From Azolla caroliniana (taxonomy: Eukaryota; Plantae; Polypodiophyta): a stretch of 64,000 bases of DNA. Location: assembly GCA_043228905.1 (NCBI GenBank), contig JBHGNT010000009.1:20398001-20462000 (forward strand), read 5' to 3'. The translations under genes and the position numbers were made by a program. The notes beneath the pieces are model-generated. The model saw nothing but the letters and a program-made list of their open reading frames with translations, made no database searches and had not been told where the DNA came from. Each line of letters begins with the position of its first letter. The first letter of the stretch is position 1. This document shows, one piece after another, positions 24,518-38,864 of the stretch.

Positions 24518-27211
24518 ACATCTTAAGTTTTTGCAAAGAACTCATGTTGCGTGCTCAAACACTTCTCTCCAAAAGAAAACCTGACACAAATTCGTCTTCA
24601 ACAACCCATGGGCTTTCCATCTCCTATTTTAGATTGGCCTACATCTAGGCCAAGATATGTGCACATTCATTTGCAACATGTTGGATGGATCTGACTCATT
24701 TTTGGGCTTGCACATTGGAGCAGGAATGACCATGTCCTAGAATTATCTTTGATATCACCATGACCCACATAAGAACTGCATGCCCCAATTGGACCTTGTT
24801 CTGTGCTGAAGATACTAATTTTCGGATCATCTTGGCTACCCTGTGCTCGATGAGGAAGAGCATTTCCATTCATATCCAACTTTGTGCTAACATCAATGCT
24901 AGATATACAAGTGTTTTTAACCACTTCATGTATGGAACCAAGGAGGATTTGAACAATATATCTAAGTTGGGGGGTATCATCCACGATTACTTTCTAAGTA
25001 CAACTTGTAAGGCAAATGAGCTTTCCCACGGGGTTCTCCCAGTAATAATGGACTAAAATCCAACATTCGTGATCATTTAATGATCCAAGAGGGGAATTTG
25101 AACTTAGAAGTTCTATACATAGCATTCCTTAAGCTTGTTTTTGGTAAAGTTGATCGTAAAAAATTATGTTAGAGATATTCCATGTTATGCCAAACTCTAT
25201 TGGCACCCACCTATTTGGATCTTTGGTAACGTGTTACCCATGAATAGGAAGTGCCTTTTCCTTGTTGTAATTGTAAGTTGAATTAGTTGTTATTGAGTCT
25301 AGATTGAATTTATATCTCACAAACTATCTTCATACAATCATTAGTAGAATAAGGGACTTGATATAATATACACTTGTAGCATTTCCTTTTATAAGGATAT
25401 ATTATTGATTTTGGTATTATAACTTAAATTGCCATTGTGTCACTTTGAACTTATGGGAAGTGAAATTCAAAAACGAGATTTTGTATTGCTTTTGAAGTGT
25501 GTAAAAGTGCATTGGTGAAGCCATATTGTTGAGAGCAAACTTTATTGCCCATGATTTCAAACTATGTTTCCAATGTCAAAAACGAATTTGAAAGGATAAT
25601 GAAGTCATAAAGCCATATTTTAGGAGCAAAAAAATATTAGTGGGCATGATCCAAAGCTAAGAACATGAGACATTGTATAAGAAACATAAGCATCAAACTC
25701 ATTCTGTAAAGTCTACAACCTCAACTATAGTCTTTAGGGAAAAAAAAACTCAACTACAACATTGTGTTTATGTTTAATGCAATGACATATGTTTACTTGT
25801 TTATGTATGATAATTTCTTTGCTCAAGCTCATAGGGAGTATCAAAAGTCACTTACGTGAGGAAACAATTCACATTTTACTTCAATGTTCTAGTTCAACAT
25901 GAGACTTCCTATTCCTTGCTTGCAAATCAGTGTTCTAGTTCAATGCGACATTTCAATTCTTTGCTTGCAAAAGTGTCTCCATGTTGCTCCTTCCCATAGG
26001 GAAAGAATAAGAAAACACGAAATCTTGTGTCCCTACATTATAATATTTTATACTCTAATTTAACTAGATGGAGCATTATGTATGCGAATCGTGATTTGAT
26101 TAAATTCAAGGATCTTGTGAGTCTTCTAGAATTGATTTCTAAAACACAATTTTATTATCCTTACGATTGGCTTCTAACTAAAGTTGTCTGTGAGCACGTA
26201 TATGCCCTTCATATAATACTCGAGTGCATTGATGCTAGAGCATTGGAAAGCTAAAATATCATCGATCGTGAAACATTTAATTTGATTCTAGAAGTGTTTT
26301 ATATGTATCTAAATCTTCTTCTTTTCCAACAGTTTATTCTTTAGAAAACATTGTTAGTTGGTAAAGCAGAAGGTAAGGAATCTCTATTTGTACAATGTTG
26401 CAATGTCAAAAGGAACTCTCGAGTCACTCCACAAAATATGAAACCAGAAAAACGTACTAGAGATGGTGGCGAAAGAGCAATAATGAGAGGTCAATAGAAA
26501 AGTGGGGAAGCCCGAGCTAAAATGTGATGGAAGGTGAGTTACATTCCGGGGGGTTGTCCTTGACTCCTCTTCGATTTCGTGAATGACAATTCTTGTACGA
26601 GCAGCTGGTGGCAATGCAGGTTCGATGAAAGTTTCTCTTCCCCACGGTTCCCCATGCATTCCAGGCAACTTATTGAGCATGGAGTTGGGGAACGTAAATA
26701 AACGTCGTACGATTCGATCGCAGCACTGTCTCGAGGGCGAATCGAATGGTTGGAAGGTGAGCAGGGGGAGCATCGAGTGCATTGGAGCTTAACGGGGGGG
26801 CGGGGGGGGGAGATATCACATGTCAGGGGTGTGTGAGTGTGTATGGGGCCAGGACTAGCTATGAAAGGTGAGAGAATGACGGGAGGTTACGAGAGGAGGT
26901 TTACACGACAAAGGTGTCCAATGTCCGCGTGTCCATTTGTGCACTTGTCAGTGTGTCTGTCCATTGAGACTCAGAACCACCCCCCCAAAACCCACCCCCT
27001 AACAAACTAATCAACACCAATGTGTCAATACACACACTAATGGATGTGTTGATAATAATAATAAGTAAGAGAGGTATTAGAAAGCAGATTCAGGAAGAAT
27101 GGGGGGGGGTTTCATTAGGAAGAAAAACAAATGTGTGCCTGCTTTTTCTATCAATTGCTTTTTTGGCCTCCTCTCAAAGAAAGGAACAAAAGGAAAAACA
27201 CAGAGAAACAG

Positions 27212-27342
27212 AGCAGCAGCAGAAGAAGAAGAAGAAGAAGAAGAAGAAGAAGAAGAAAAGAGACAGAAAGAGAAAAGAAGAACAAATTGAAAGAGAAGTT
27301 CCTGCATGCTCTGCTCTCTCTCTCTCTCTCTCTCCCTCTCTC

Positions 27343-27373
<31 letters not shown>

Positions 27374-27495
27374 TCTTTCTCTCTCTTCTCTCTCTCTCTC
27401 TCTTCTCTCTCTCTGTCTCTGTCTTTTTCTGCATGAACCCTGCATGTAACTAAATCCTTACTAATTCTTCCTCCTCCTCCTCCTCCTCCTCCTCT
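27212..27495. repeat. Microsatellite cluster (AGC)n(AAG)n, (CT)n, (CCT)n in the FATA 5' region
   Basis: Directly visible; it produces the spurious low-complexity ORFs at 27022-27504. Confidence 0.9.
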
Positions 27496-27645
27496 TCCCC
27501 ACATTCTCTCCTTATCTCCTCAGACATCATCATTACCTTACTTTAATCCCCATCTCTTGCCGTTTTAAGCATTTTCATTGCCCTGTTCGTCTCTGCACAT
27601 ATACAGGCTTAATCAATCAATTCGATCGTGAGTTCCGCCATTACC

Positions 27646-30600
27646 ATGCCTTTCATGACAGGCTCAGCTACAGCTACTGGCTGCGCCTCTTTCCTTCTTC
27701 CTCTCCCATCTCCTTCTGCTTCTGCTTCTTCTTCTTCTTCTCAATATGTTAGTAACAACAATTATGCAGGCCATAATGTTACCCAATGTGTTCTATTCCT
27801 TAATCCCCGACTTAATTCATCCCCAACCACCGTCAGGATTAACTACTCCTCTTCACCATCGCCGTCTTCTTCTTCTTCTTCTTCTTGTTCGTCTTCATGG
27901 ATGAATGCAATAGTAGTATCGGGGCTTATGAATCGGCAAGAATATATCAGACAAGACATTCATCCTGCGGTATCAGCTTCGGCTTCCAACTCTGCAAGAT
28001 CAGATCACAACAATTTGTTGAACATTAATAATAATTCAAATAGCCCCATGACAATGGTTCCTTCTCCTTCTCCATCTCCTCCTCCTCCTCCTTCTTCTTC
28101 TCCCCCCATCACCATCACAACCCTAGACCCCAGAGAACATCAATGTCACAAGAGCTCCAGGGCCTTCTATAAGACAGCTAATCTAGACAGCTTTAATGAT
28201 AATGTGGAAGCTGAGGCTATTGTAATCAGTGGAAATGATGATGAGAACATGGTCAACTACGACCTAAGCATCTCTACTGCTGTGTCTGCCGTCAATGGAT
28301 CTGTCATGAAGAATGTCCCGGTCAATGTTGGAGGCCATGGATGCCTCGATCCATCAGGCACCTCCTTCAAGGAGAAATTCCTGATACGATGCTACGAGGT
28401 CGGAATGAATGGCACCGCATCGCCTGAAACCATGGCCAATCTTCTCCAGGTACAATAACTTCCTCTTACATCTCGTCAACACACATAACAAGCATACATG
28501 CATGCATGCATGCCTGTTAGATAGATTGATATGTGCAATCCATGCATGCTTGCTTGAATAGATAGATGTGTGCAACGCATGCACAGAGACATAGATCTAT
28601 GTACAACTGGTTTTCTGTATCTGTGTCTTTAGTGTACCAATAGTTGCTTGTTCTTCTTTGTCGATACTAAAATTTAATCAAATGTAGATGGATGTGCTGC
28701 TCAATGCATGCACAGAAATTGTTCAAATGTAGATAAATGTGCTGCTTATTGCATGCACAGAAATTTTTCAAATGTAGATGGATGTGCTCAATGCATGCAC
28801 AGACACAAAAAAATGTTTATATTGGTTTTCTGTATATAAGCATATCACTAGTTGCTTGTCCTCCAATATGTATGCTTATTCATTCAAGCGTAGATCTATC
28901 CATTATAATTTTCTCCTCTGATTTTCAGGCCTCCATCCGTGTATTTTTTTTATCACTGTCTGTTTTGTGTATATATATCTATCTACACAATGTATGTGTG
29001 TGTACATACACAAAAATTCTCTTTTTTTTGTGACTACAGGAAGTTGCTTGCAACCATGCACAGAGTGTGGGGTTCTCGACAGATGGTTTTGCGACAACCA
29101 CCGCGATGCGCAAGAAGAGATTGATTTGGGTAACAACCAGAATGCACATTGAGGTCCTCCAATATCCTGTTTGGTAGGGTATTTCCATCACGTTTGAATT
29201 CAAAACCTTTTCTTTATTCAGTTTTGGATCATCATTTAAAACTCTAAAGATGGCAATAATTTGTAATATTAATGCTAGCTCCTTTTTAGCTTGGAACTCT
29301 CCAAGAGGTAAAATTCTCGTAAATGGAGAAAAGTTATGTGTACATTGAATGCCTCCTTGCAGTAAATTTTTTTGTCTCTTGAAGGCTTCATTAAACAAAA
29401 CAAAAAAAACCCTACTTGGGCGACTTTAAACTTTTCTCAATCTTTTTTAGCAATAATGTCAAAATATTGAATCTAAAAGTTATAATGATTTTTTGTATGG
29501 TAATTTTTTATCACTGAACTTATATGGAGATATGTGCCTTTTAGGTTACTTGAGTTTGCCCACTTGAATTTCTGTGCCCCATCTATGTTAAAATCCATTG
29601 CTCCCATACAAAAGACAAGCCGTGTCTTGCAATTGCTACCTATAAGAAATCTCAGTATTTGGCTTTGAAATCGATGATACCAAAAAAATTGAAATTTGTG
29701 TATGTGCATTGAAGTTCTGACAATTAAATTTCCTACTGCATGAAGGTATCTATTATATGCCTATATTTGTCTGTCTATTAACAAATATAAGACACTAGAT
29801 CTTGAGATGAGTTGTTAACTCTTATTTCTCCATGGACTCAGGGGTAATGCGCTCGAAATGGAGACATGGTGCCAGTGTGAAGGCAAAGCAGGCACACGAA
29901 GGGATTGGACAATTATAGACCTGGCAACCAACCAAATCGTTGGACGAGCAACTAGGTGTGACATATAGCTCTTCAAAGTTCCATCTCATGTTCATCAATC
30001 ATTTGTGCAACATACATAGACATAAGCATTTGGTGACTTCACTATTTAGTGTGTGCTCTTCTTTTTTTTGTTAATGTAGCACATGGGTAATGATGAACCA
30101 AGATACAAGACGTTTATCAAGAGTACCAGAGGATGTGCTCAATGAGCTATTACAATATTATCCTACCGAGCCAAGGTCATGTGGACCCAAGCCCCCATGT
30201 TTAATAAATCTCTCCTCAAAATTCAATCAAATTTTGGAAAGCTAATAGTATCAATGAAACTTATAAGAATAAATACAATTTGTTTTTAAATGCCTGAAAG
30301 GCTAAAGTTTATACATTGATATTACAGGTATGCATTTCCAGAGGAGAATAGCGTTAGCTTAAAGAAGATTCCAAAGTTGCAAGACCCTGCTCAACACATT
30401 CGATCTGGTCTCAAGGTAATTGTGCTCACTTGTTTAGTCTCTCATCAGGAAAAAGCTGCTCCACATCGAGCTTTTAGAAATTTTAAGCATGGTAAACCTT
30501 CTTTTTTCTACCTTTTGCATTTCGTGAAACTTTGAGCACATTATTTGAAATATTTTTTTCTTCATTTGGTTCTCTTAATTTCTCCTTACATATGATACAG

Positions 30601-31315
30601 CCAAGGCGTGGAGATCTCGACATGAATCGGCATGTGAACAATGTGACTTACATTGGTTGGGTTTTGGAGGTACAGTGTATCTGTGTCTCAAATCTCTTTT
30701 CCAACAAAACAAAGGAGATTTTGATATTTTGGGTTGTTATGATATGCATTGTGACTTTGATAGTTTTGGGATGTCAAAAAAAGCAATTATGTGTATTCTA
30801 TTCTGATTTGTTGCTTTATTTATGTATCAAAGTGCTTAAGTTTCTGAAAACAAGGTGTGTTTAGGTTAATTAATGCTATGGTTTGACATTTTTATTTCGA
30901 AGAATTGATATTTTGTGTTGTATGAAGAAAGTGTCTTGGATTAAAAAATATAAATGTTTTTGGTTAATGCAATGGCTTGATGTTTTTTATGTCAAAATAA
31001 TCATGTTTTTTGCACATGTTTTTGCAGAGTATTCCGCAAAATATACTCGAGACACACCAGTTACATACAATCACGCTAGATTATAGAAGGGAATGCAATT
31101 ACAATGATGTTGTGGAGTCATTTGCAAGTTTGGAAGGGCTAATGAATGGTGAAAGTGAAGGTTGCTTGAGCTCGAATGGTTGCGATTCAGATGATTTGGT
31201 GTTTTTGCATATTGTAAGGTTGGCAGGCTCTCATATCGAAATCAATAGGGCGAGGACAGTGTGGAGGGAAAAAGCTATCGAAAAATCTTCAAATGCTTCT
31301 TCCAATCATAACTAG
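27646..31315 (+). CDS. FATA: Plastid acyl-ACP thioesterase, FatA type; exons 27646-28449, 29040-29173, 29842-29955, 30080-30175, 30328-30415, 30601-30669, 31028-31315
   Basis: SFKEKFLIRCYEVGMNGTASPETMANLLQEVACNHAQSVGFSTDGFATTTAMRKKRLIWVTTRMHIE (FatA signature), DLDMNRHVNNVTYIGWVLE, ITLDYRREC; Ser-rich transit-peptide-like N-terminus. Exact start ATG uncertain. Confidence 0.93.
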
Positions 31316-33610
31316 AGGGGGGGCAGCCTTTTCACCATACATTTAACTTTTCGTTTCGATGCAAATTTCCGGTGAATAGCAGTGTTTTCATGTTCAACGA
31401 ATAGCACGGTTTTCCGATGGAAGAGAAAGAGAGAAAAAAAGGCAAATTCCGAAATGTCTTTTTTTTGCATGGATCTTATACCAAGTTGGGTGATTGTGAC
31501 ATAGAGTCCCTTTTTATTTAAGGACATAGAAAATAAAAGGGGGTTGGGGGGATCATTTTTTGTGGCCAAAAAAAGATAAGTAGCACTTTGAAAGGAATCC
31601 AATGAAAAAGAAGTTGGGTTTCATTTGAATATTGGTGAACTCGAGAGTTTATAAAAAAATATATATAGCCTTGGACAGAGATCGAAATCGGGTTTTCTCT
31701 CCAAGAAATGTAGGAAATATGGATGAGTATTACAGCATAATGTTATACTTCACAAATGATCAAATATATACACATATATATATAATTTTGCTTCTAGCCA
31801 TTGTGCGCTACAATACAATGTCTACAAACCTGGGCTATACAATTGTGTTGGGAATTGTTTGTATACCTCTTAAGAATGATTTTCATCCAACAACAATCTC
31901 ATTCATACTGACATGTATGATTTGGACACATGCACCCTTGATAATTATGTTTCTCTAAACGTTGTTTGAGTAGTATTTCAACTTCTTGATTTTTTTGTCG
32001 AGTTTGCAAAGCTTGATTTGTTTTGTTCTATCCCTAGGGCTTGGATTATGTCATTGATAGATTAGCCATAGGCTTTGAATTTATACCAAGATAGGCAGGA
32101 GACTTATTGCCCGACCATCTGTAATAGAGTGTCAATATTTCATATGCAGTTACAAAAAAATCATTATTGCCCTCTTCAAATGTGCAATTAATGATATACT
32201 TTAACATATGCAAGTGATAGTTGCAACATGTTAGAATTGAATATAACATGCTAGAACTAGATATGACTTTGCTCTTTTAACGTACAAGTGATATTCACAA
32301 CATGTTAGAAATATCACATGCAAGAATGGTTCACAACCATCCTTTACCCAAAAAAGGAAGAAAAATCAAAGGTCCCTTTAATGGCCATTTTCATGTTGCT
32401 TTAAAAGTTTTGTTCTCCCCAAGCATGAGCTTGAATTTTTTTGCAAGGTAGACGGCACCAATTTGATCACAATTTCTAGTATTTGAGTGAGTTTTGAATA
32501 TTGTGCACTGTTATGTTATTTTCATGCAATACCAAGCATGCAAAAAAGGTTGTGAGAGGAAGTAGTAAGCCTAAAATTGAGGGTAAAACTTTATGCAATT
32601 TCCTCGAGTAAAAACTAATTTGTAGTGTATTCTCATCTTGCATCTAGTCTTGCGCATGAGTTCCCTGACTACTGTTCCAAGCGAGGTTTCTAAGTAAAAC
32701 ACGTGTAATTTAATAGTCGGATATGGTCTTTATTTTCACTATTAAATTTGGTAGGCCATGATCTACATAGTGGGTACGCTTCTCCCTTCACATGTACTCC
32801 GCACTAGCATGCATTACGTACTTAATTTATTGTTTGTTTTCATTCAATCACGGTTCACCATGGATACAATCAAGAAGAGCATCGTATCTCAAGTCATCAC
32901 AATTGTATTTGTCTGAGTAAGAACAATCCTATTTGTAAGATTCAATACATTTATGTTAGGCATACCACTTCTATTCTGTATGTGTGTGTGTGTGTTTGTG
33001 TGTGTTGTAAAGGGGAGTCATGAACATATGTCATATTTCTACACAACAAATTCACGATTGTCATGCAATTAATAACACCCAAAATAAGTGAATTGATTAA
33101 ATTGGCAAGCTTCATTGGCAAAGATTAATTTAAACTAGTTTAGAGAAGGGATAAACAAATTGTACAATATGGCCCTACAAACATGCATATGCACGCACAT
33201 TTAGTTTTTATTTGGAATGTCGAATAAGTCAAATGACTCGTTTTTACTGAATAATGTTGGTGTGTTGTGGATATCTCTTTTTGGGAGGGGGTCAATTGAA
33301 AGTTTTCATAAGAGACATTTTTGAGACATTTTCCAATCAAACTGTAGCGAGCGAAAAGAATAATTCACAAATATTGGGCAACACGCCATTATGGTTCATG
33401 AATCATCCGGACATATAGTGTGAAAAGGGGGGACATAAATTGAGCAGCCAGTCAAACTAATAAGTCAAAAGTCTGTCAAGTCAAAAATGCATTGCTTCTC
33501 CTTCCAACTCCCCTTGAACATACCTATAAGTACACACTTCCATTTTCCTTCAAATTCACATACCCACTCTCATCTTTTGCCAAAAACACTTCTCTTTTCT
33601 TTCATTTAAT

Positions 33611-33646
<36 letters not shown>

Positions 33647-33721
33647 ATTGCAAAAAATTTCTTCTTGTGTGTGAGGCTTACACATTCTCTACCCATACTT
33701 AGATCTATTGGCTACTTGGCC

Positions 33722-34406
33722 ATGGCATCTTATACTCATTGCCTCTCCAACATCTCATTACTTAATAGTGCGCACCCTAACCCTAACTCTAACATTAATT
33801 CCCATGCTTTTTCTCCCATTCAATTAAGGTCCATGACCTCTAATGCTTTGAACCATAACCCTCATCCCCATACATCTCCCATCAATACACCATCCAAATT
33901 CTCCACCATCGCAAACCAGAATGCGAACACAACCCTCAACTTGAACCCGTACCCTCGTTTACGTGCATCTCCGACCCAGTGTGCCACCTCGACGTCACGT
34001 GCACTACAGATTAATACAACTAATGGTCATGAATTCTCAAATTATGGAGGGGAACCATCAATGAACGTGCAAGAGATGTATGTGTATGAGATTAATGAGA
34101 GGGATAGGGATAGCCCTGCATACCTCCCTCTTAGCCACAAAATTGGCTTCTCCAATGGATTTCGTCCCCATGGATCTTTGGGTGATTTGGTTCCTTTCAC
34201 AAACAAGGTTAGAGAAAGAGTCAATTCTTTCCTAAGCACTAGTACTCAATAGTTTTTTGAAACAGTTCTAGCTAGGAGTATTTATTTGTTTTTAATTCAT
34301 GCAAGCAAGGATCATTTATCATATGTCACATGGTGTGTCCCACACGCCATTAAATTTGTTCACACTCATTCTTATCCTCAAACTATTCACGTTTTAAAGG
34401 TTGTGT

Positions 34407-34449
<43 letters not shown>

Positions 34450-35445
34450 GTATTTGAAGCATTGAGTTTCTTGAAAAAGAACCCACTTTCCAAAAAACAA
34501 AAATGATGAATTTAGACTCCTTCATAACTAGAGAGTATAAGACTCAATGTCTTCTTGTTGTTTGCATTGCACCCAATTTCATGTAGAGTCATTGTCGTGA
34601 CAAAACTTGGACTTGTTGATTGTTGTAGCTCTACGATGGATCGTTGCAGACGAGGCTGGGGATCACTGCTGGTCTATGTGTCCTCATTAAGCACTACCCC
34701 GAGAAGGGTGGAGAACGCTACGAGGCAACATATAGCTTCTATTTTGGAGACTATGGCCACATCTCAGTTCAGGTATAGCATAGCAAATTATTGAGTGCAA
34801 TTCACCAATTTGATAATTCTATTTGATGCACATTCACCAAATTTAGGCATTTTGACACTTGGTGTGTTTTTTACGCCATTCCCATTTATGCATCTACATA
34901 CATTGGATGAGCACATGTAGCTAGGTGTGAAAGGGATCATGCCAAGCCCATGTGGAAAAGTGCTCACTTCCCTCATATTTCCAATAATGCACAAACTTTA
35001 TTATCATTTGTAGTCAACAATCCACATAGCAAGGCGCATATAATGGGGCCTAATGGATGGTCCATAGCTAGACATTCTTGAACTTGACAACCAAAACTTT
35101 GGCATGCGAGGTCATAGCTCAAGCATCACATGGAAAATATCTAGGTTTAATTTGGTTTTAACATTGAAATTGGATTGCTTCATGCAGGGTCCGTACCTAA
35201 CATTCGAGGATTCAAATCTAGCAGTGACGGGTGGATCAGGAATATTCACCGGGGTGTATGGCACAGTGCGATTGCATCAAATTGAATTCCCCTTCAAGAT
35301 CTTCTATTCCTTCTATCTACAAGGCATTCCCATGCTCCCAACAGAACTCACACGTGCACATGTTCCACCATCACAATCCATTAGGCCCTCCCTTGCTGCT
35401 AAGCATTGTCACCCAACAGCTACTGCTCCTAATTTCTCAGATTAA
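33722..35445 (+). CDS. AOC: Allene oxide cyclase (OPDA/jasmonate pathway); exons 33722-34207, 34629-34772, 35188-35445
   Basis: [20 protein letters not shown]...[33 protein letters not shown]...[66 protein letters not shown]; plastid transit-like N-terminus. Confidence 0.96.
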
Positions 35446-36943
35446 TACTCCCTATTTGAGAATGTCTTCAATACTAGCCCTCACATATTGAAAAGTGGCC
35501 CAATTTTTGGTACAATGTAAAAACAAAGTCCATTGTACATTCTTATTCATTAGTCTACCAATACTTGGTAGAAGGTCTAAGAGTAGTTATGTTTCATTAA
35601 GAAACCTAATTAAGCATACTAATGAGTGGGTATCTGTATACAACAAAAGATTGTCCCCGATTGACCATATATACATGTGAATATTTGTCGTTTATCAATT
35701 ATAGATGGGTTTATTGTTAAATTGGTCTAAGAATCTCTAAATCTCACACTGTGCATATTTGTAGACGACATGTGTTGTATCATGAGCTAAGTGTCTCTAC
35801 CTCATGGTGTGACGTAGTGAGTTGCAAAAGAACCTCCATGTCAATAACCCATTTACATCAAGAAAAATTAGAAAATGGGCGAGAATTTCAAAATGTGGGA
35901 CACCATGAACAAATCACCAATCCAAGTCATGTTCCAACTAATATATTATCTAATGATTACAGTAAACTATAACAATGCAATATGTAAGATTTAAAAAAAT
36001 GAAAACATAAATTTACCATATTCATTCGTTGTCATGAACATTCATTGGGTTATTGGGCTGAAGTGTATCCTTTATTCAAATATCTTTTTCGAAAATGCCT
36101 CATTATTTTCAAAAAGTATTGCGCACGTTCCTTGTATATTCATCATGCTCATTGCGAATATGTCCTAAATTGATTAGCTTTATGAGAACTAGTGATAGTG
36201 AACCACACTTCCACAAACTAATAGACCTCAAGTCCTATATACTTACCGAATGCTAAAAACGAGAGAGATGCGTTAGAAGGGAATCACAATTATCACGAAG
36301 GCAAAAAAAGACAAAGTAGAAACTCTTGGTGAACCTAATGTGTAACTCGTGCCAATTGTATAAGACAAGGTGCGTGTTAGCTTTGTAACAAAAAACACTA
36401 TTTCCTAGGGGAATCATGATGATTGAAGTAAAACCATTGTTAATATATATCAAGGAATCTATCTTATTATATCTCATTCCTTCTCTTTGTTTGTTGACGT
36501 GGTGGTTAACACTATATCGTCAAAATCATAAAATTGAGAGAAATAAAGTTTGATCCTCATTGTGGGCTAGACGATCTCTCATAGATCACAATCGGGTTCT
36601 AGTGAATCTCAACTTGGTGGTTCTATGCTTCAATATAAAAGTCATGAAATTGAAAGAATCCAAGTTCAATCCTCGCCACATGTTGGGCCTTGTCCCATAT
36701 ACAGTAAACATTAATAACCTCTCTCTCTCTCTCTCATTATTTTTAAGGTAAGCTATGTGGGGCAACTTGCAAGGTGATCAAAGTATTCTTAAGATCAAGA
36801 AGAAATCTCACTTTTTCTCGACTTAATGCTTGTCATCTTCGCATAAAAACATGCTAATATATTATGTATCGTTCCATAATTAACAATTATCCGAATCATT
36901 CCAATATGTATTTCTCAAATGTCCCGGAATGAACAAGATGAGA

Positions 36944-36945
<2 letters not shown>

Positions 36946-37024
<79 letters not shown>
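36946..37024. repeat. (CT)n(AT)n compound microsatellite
   Basis: Directly visible. Confidence 0.95.
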
Positions 37025-37028
<4 letters not shown>

Positions 37029-37504
37029 AAGAATCAAATATGATTCTTGTGCAACGGAAGAGATGTGTGTTATGTGTATGTGTGAGAGGAAAGAGAGGAG
37101 AGGAGAGAAAACACAAGATAGATTAGATAGAATGGAAAAAAGAATACTCAAGAAGAAGGTGTATATATTCACAAGGAGAATAGCCAATAAAATGTAACAT
37201 TACAAGATAAAATGTAACATTACAAGGAGTCACAACTGACACTCTATTAAGTAGGAGAAGGGTGCTTTATATAAGGTCACCCTCTCTCTTTATTAATTCA
37301 CTACAACAACTACTCTCTCTTAGGGAATGTGAAGACTCATAGTCATGGGAATATGGAACTCATTAGTTATGTGTCATAGAATCATATTCTATGACACATA
37401 GTTAATGTGTAGAGAGTAGTGGTATGACTCTTGACCTTTGAGTGATCATAGATTCTCAAAGGGTATGTTCACACATTGCACTAGGTTGAGCTTGATTCTC
37501 AACA
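37025..37504 (-). mobile_element. Solo LTR (~480 bp) inserted in an (AT)n tract
   Basis: TG...CA ends (TGTAAAG...CTCAACA); flanks ATATA/ATATG; right end GTTGAGCTTGATTCTCAACA resembles that of the 40159-40594 element. Strand is a guess. Confidence 0.65.
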
Positions 37505-37515
37505 ATATGTGTGTG

Positions 37516-37549
<34 letters not shown>

Positions 37550-38864
37550 TATAGTTATAGTTATAGTTAGGATAGGTGTGGTACCTTGCAAGGGGCATTT
37601 TTTAAGATTAACAAAAACACTCTGTCTATATAGTTGGTTAAGTTAAGTGTGGTTACCTGGAAGGGCATTTTTTAAGATTGACAAAAACTCCCTCTCATGA
37701 AATGAATGAAGGCAACTAAACAAATCATGCCTGCAAATAATTTGCCCTTCCGTTTCATATGAATTAGAGCACCCCAATTAATTGAAACAAGAGATCCTCT
37801 CTAAGGCTCTGTGTTCAACGCGAATCTTCAGATTAGGCCTAGTATGCGAGAGACGGGAACTCCCTCATCTCTTCACCAAGCTTCGCCTGGAAGCTTCAAT
37901 GGTAATGAAGAACCATATCGGGCGTCACGGTAACATGCCACGGCTAGTAGGTGTAATGAAGAGAGAAACAAAAAAGAATAAGCTTTGGCTGTGTGAAAGT
38001 CAATCGATGGGTCACTTAAACCAATTGCTCAGAGATCTTGGATGTGGTTTGTCTACTTGCAAAAGTTATGGTGGCATCCTCTATTTCTTTTCTTTGCTCA
38101 GTTGGGGGGGGGAGAGAGAGAGAGCACAAGTGTTACCAAAAAACGACAAGTGTAAGAGAAGGTCTTCTATAACAATCATTTTTAAAAGACCCTTTTCATA
38201 ATAAGCCTTTGTGTGGTTCCTTGCTTTAGGTCCACCGATGAGTCTCCATAACCAATGTGTCAACTCGTGACCTCGGTCTCGAGTTCTAGTAGGCATGCCC
38301 AACTTCTAGGCACTTTCAAAGTTGTCGTGTCTGACTCTGGGGCATCGGTGGCAGCGATGTTCTTGCTTTTGGCACGTGGCTGGCTCCAAGTATTATAATG
38401 AATCAATATAATCCTATATGCAATTTCTCTACCTAATAGTAGGGTAGATGGCAATCCGACCCCACAATGCACCTCAATGGGGAGGATTAACTCTAACTAT
38501 GATTAAGATGTTACCATTCTCGAGCTTGACACGGGGTTCTCCTTCACACAATCTAGACTTGACTTTGATAGATAAAATGGATGATGACTTACTTGAAGGG
38601 AGTATGATTGATTGTCAAGAGAACCCGTGTTCTAACGAGAGGACGAGAAAAAGCGTTCTCAAACATGGGCTTCATGTAGTTGTATGAGTACCAAACATTT
38701 GACCAATTCATCATATGTCAATATCAATTTTGACAAAATGGCTTCCATGTTGACAATAGTTAATAGCATCCACGATATGTCTAGGTCAAAATGGTGTATA
38801 GTGTGCAAAGGCGATTCTCAACATGGGTAAAAGAAGAGGGACAAGTTAGTAAACACAGTTTTCT

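Noticed and set aside
27022-27504. Six overlapping ORFs rich in K/E/R/S/L
   Set aside because: Artefacts of (AAG)n, (CT)n and (CCT)n microsatellites.
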